Below, piece after piece: positions 61,714 to 64,000 of a DNA stretch of 64,000 nt (positions within the stretch are counted from its first letter, which is position 1; the number at the start of each line of letters is the position of its first letter). The stretch is from Nemertoderma westbladi (lineage: Eukaryota; Animalia; Xenacoelomorpha), in contig JAUCBJ010001040.1 in the NCBI GenBank assembly GCA_032718475.1, positions 22,079 to 86,078 of the forward strand, in the 5' to 3' direction. Below the pieces are notes generated by a model. The model was not told the origin of the DNA. It did no database searches and saw nothing but the letters and a program-made list of their open reading frames with translations. A program made the translations under genes and the position numbers.

Positions 61714-63526
61714 TAAACTGTGACTGCAAGCCACCACGAAAGAAAGTTAAAGATGAGCACAGAGCCTTATAGCTTTATATACTTTATTCTGGAATACGTA
61801 CAGGTATTGCCTAATATACGTACCAGTATATACATGACAGTTGCAATCATGGTGTTTTGCAGTGTTTGTAATGTTGAATTGATTTCCTTGGCAATATACC
61901 TCTTTCCTTTGGGGGTTATGCATAACATTAACGTGAATAAGGATAAATTAATTTGTGGACATGATGGCTGTCAGCTTGATTTTTATAGGTTCTATTCCTT
62001 ATCTCAACACATACACAAATTTTGAAGCTAATATTGTTTTACAATGTGTATCTCTAGAGAGTTTTTTAAATATCTGTATATCTGTAAACAAAATTCGCAA
62101 TATTTGGTTTTTATATGTTTGTCAAATATTTAACAATATGTTCTTACAAATATTGTTAATATATCTTGCCAATTCTGAAAGATTGAAATTTCCACATGTC
62201 TATTTTGACAAGATATGATATAGATCCTGACAAGATATTAATTGAAGTTTTCACCAGATATTTTTGACAAGAATATCCCGAATATTCTGACAAGATAAAG
62301 GACAAGTGTATTTAACTAGATATATCTTGTCATTCTATATTTTTTTTTGTCAATTTGACTGAACTTTTTTTAAGAGTGTGCATTTGGAAGAATATTTGAA
62401 TGATAACAAATTGTCATCAAGTTATCAAGTAATTTGCTGAAATGCACCATCGTTGTCGACATAATATGATGGCCAAGTTTGTCTCAAAACTTTAAAAAAT
62501 TATACATCTTTAAGTTTCCATATGCTGCAAAGCTATCATGATCATGGGGCAGCTGGAAATATTTCCAGTGACAGATGTCCTTGGTCTGTCGAATCCTTTC
62601 CTAGACATGTTTGATTTTTCAAATGTAACTTTTCCTATTGACAGAGTACATTAAACAGTAAATTAAATTACTGAGGACAATAAATAGGTTTTGATGAAAA
62701 CAATATAGATTTTGATGTGACTTTGCTTTCAGTAAAGGTTAGTTAACTTAGATATACTGGTACATGTAATGTATACAATTTATTAAAATTTATAAAATTA
62801 TTTATTTAAAATTTTCAAGTAAATATAGGGCAAGTATGTGGTGGTGATATTTGTTGCAGAATATATGGGATAACCGGTTGTCCACGGTTCAGATATTCCA
62901 TGCCTGCATGGGTTCTAAATGTTTTTACATAAATATTCTGGGTCTGAATGATAATGAAGGGAATGCATTATCGCCCCACCCGTTTCACTCTCGCGAATTC
63001 AGTCGGCAGGGAAAAATTTTGTTATGTAAGTAAATTATATTTATATAGGATCTAATAGCTGACAGACACTTACTTAAGTATGTTGGTATAGACAGAGATT
63101 TTAAGGATGAGTTGAAAGTATCTAAATATTTTTCTATAAATTTTTAATGTTTATTGAAAGATATACTTACCCTTGAAAAATTAAATACTATTTATATACC
63201 AGTAAGTATTATAAAAATTTAATGTGTATCAGTAAATAGTATTTGTAAGTATATATTAAAGTATAATGTATAGCACAGTCACATTTTTAGAAATTTTTTA
63301 AACAATTTAAGTAGAATATTAATTATATAAAGTAATTATCTAGAGTCCCAATAATGAAGTAACAATAAATACCATAAGAAACCACTTTTGGGAAGAAATT
63401 TTACTAGAGGAATCAGGGGTGAAACTAGTTAATATTTGCAACCCTCATTTAGTAGACATTCGACCCATGGACCGCTCTTTAAAGATTTTTAATATATGGA
63501 AGCATTATCTGATTATTTGCGGCTTC
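61714..63526 (+). repeat. Copy 2 of the 1.8-kb duplication
   Basis: See 55927-57747. Confidence 0.95.
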
Positions 63527-63711
63527 CAGGATTTCCAGGATCTAAGTTCGCTTCCAGGATCTAAGTTCGCTTCCAGGATCTAAGTTCGCTTTCAGGATCT
63601 AAGTTCAGATCTGGGTTCTAAGTTCACTTCCAGGATCTAAGTTCGTTTCCAGGATCTAAGTTCACTCCAGGATCTAAGTTCGGTTCCAGGATCTAAGTTC
63701 GCTTCCAGGAT
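63526..63711. repeat. ~9 x 19-bp tandem array (CCAGGATCTAAGTTCGCTT)
   Basis: Begins exactly at the duplication end. Confidence 0.95.
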
Positions 63712-64000
63712 ATATGAACAGTGAGGGATTATGTGTGACTGTGAAATTTATGCTGTGTCCACAGTCACTTTATTAAATTTTTGAATTAACAAAACTCTAT
63801 GAAAAAATATAGTTCTTGATTTATTTTATAGATTATATAACTGGTGAATAACAACAGCTTACCTTAGTCCTACGGAATGGTTGATAACACAAAATCGTGG
63901 TCGGTTAGAGTGAAAAAGGATCGAAAGGTTGAGACTCCAAAATGGAATGGACCATTTTAGAACGAATATCTAAACGTTTATAAGATGACGTCGAATCAAC

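Noticed and set aside
1-64000. One giant element (Maverick, Teratorn or virus) spanning the window, or a uni-strand antisense TE cluster
   Set aside because: No polB, capsid or packaging ATPase motifs and no enclosing termini; TE fragments lie on both strands.

Overview
AT-rich animal (invertebrate-type) genomic DNA with GT-AG introns. No intact host gene is recognisable. The window is a dense patchwork of about 25 transposable-element pieces from many superfamilies, in both orientations and mostly 0.1-1.5 kb long: EnSpm/CACTA, hAT, Harbinger, pogo, Sola2, piggyBac-like, Helitron/Helentron-like, RTE, CR1/L2-type, CRE, Gypsy and BEL. Elements with both ends visible are (i) a recent Mag-like Gypsy LTR element (29498-34092, 5-bp TSD) whose single ORF keeps Gag, protease and integrase but has RT-RNase H replaced in frame by a 15 x 12-bp tandem array, (ii) a hAT non-autonomous element with an 8-bp TSD, and (iii) a TTAA-flanked piggyBac-like element. 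A Sola2-type transposase gene is intact once one intron is spliced. There are two recent local duplications (3.76 kb and 1.8 kb), three inverted duplications, several tandem arrays at breakpoints, and strong enrichment of the TA-flanked palindromic 8-mers TACCGGTA and TAGGCCTA. Family assignments come from recalled protein motifs, not database searches, and counts were made by eye.
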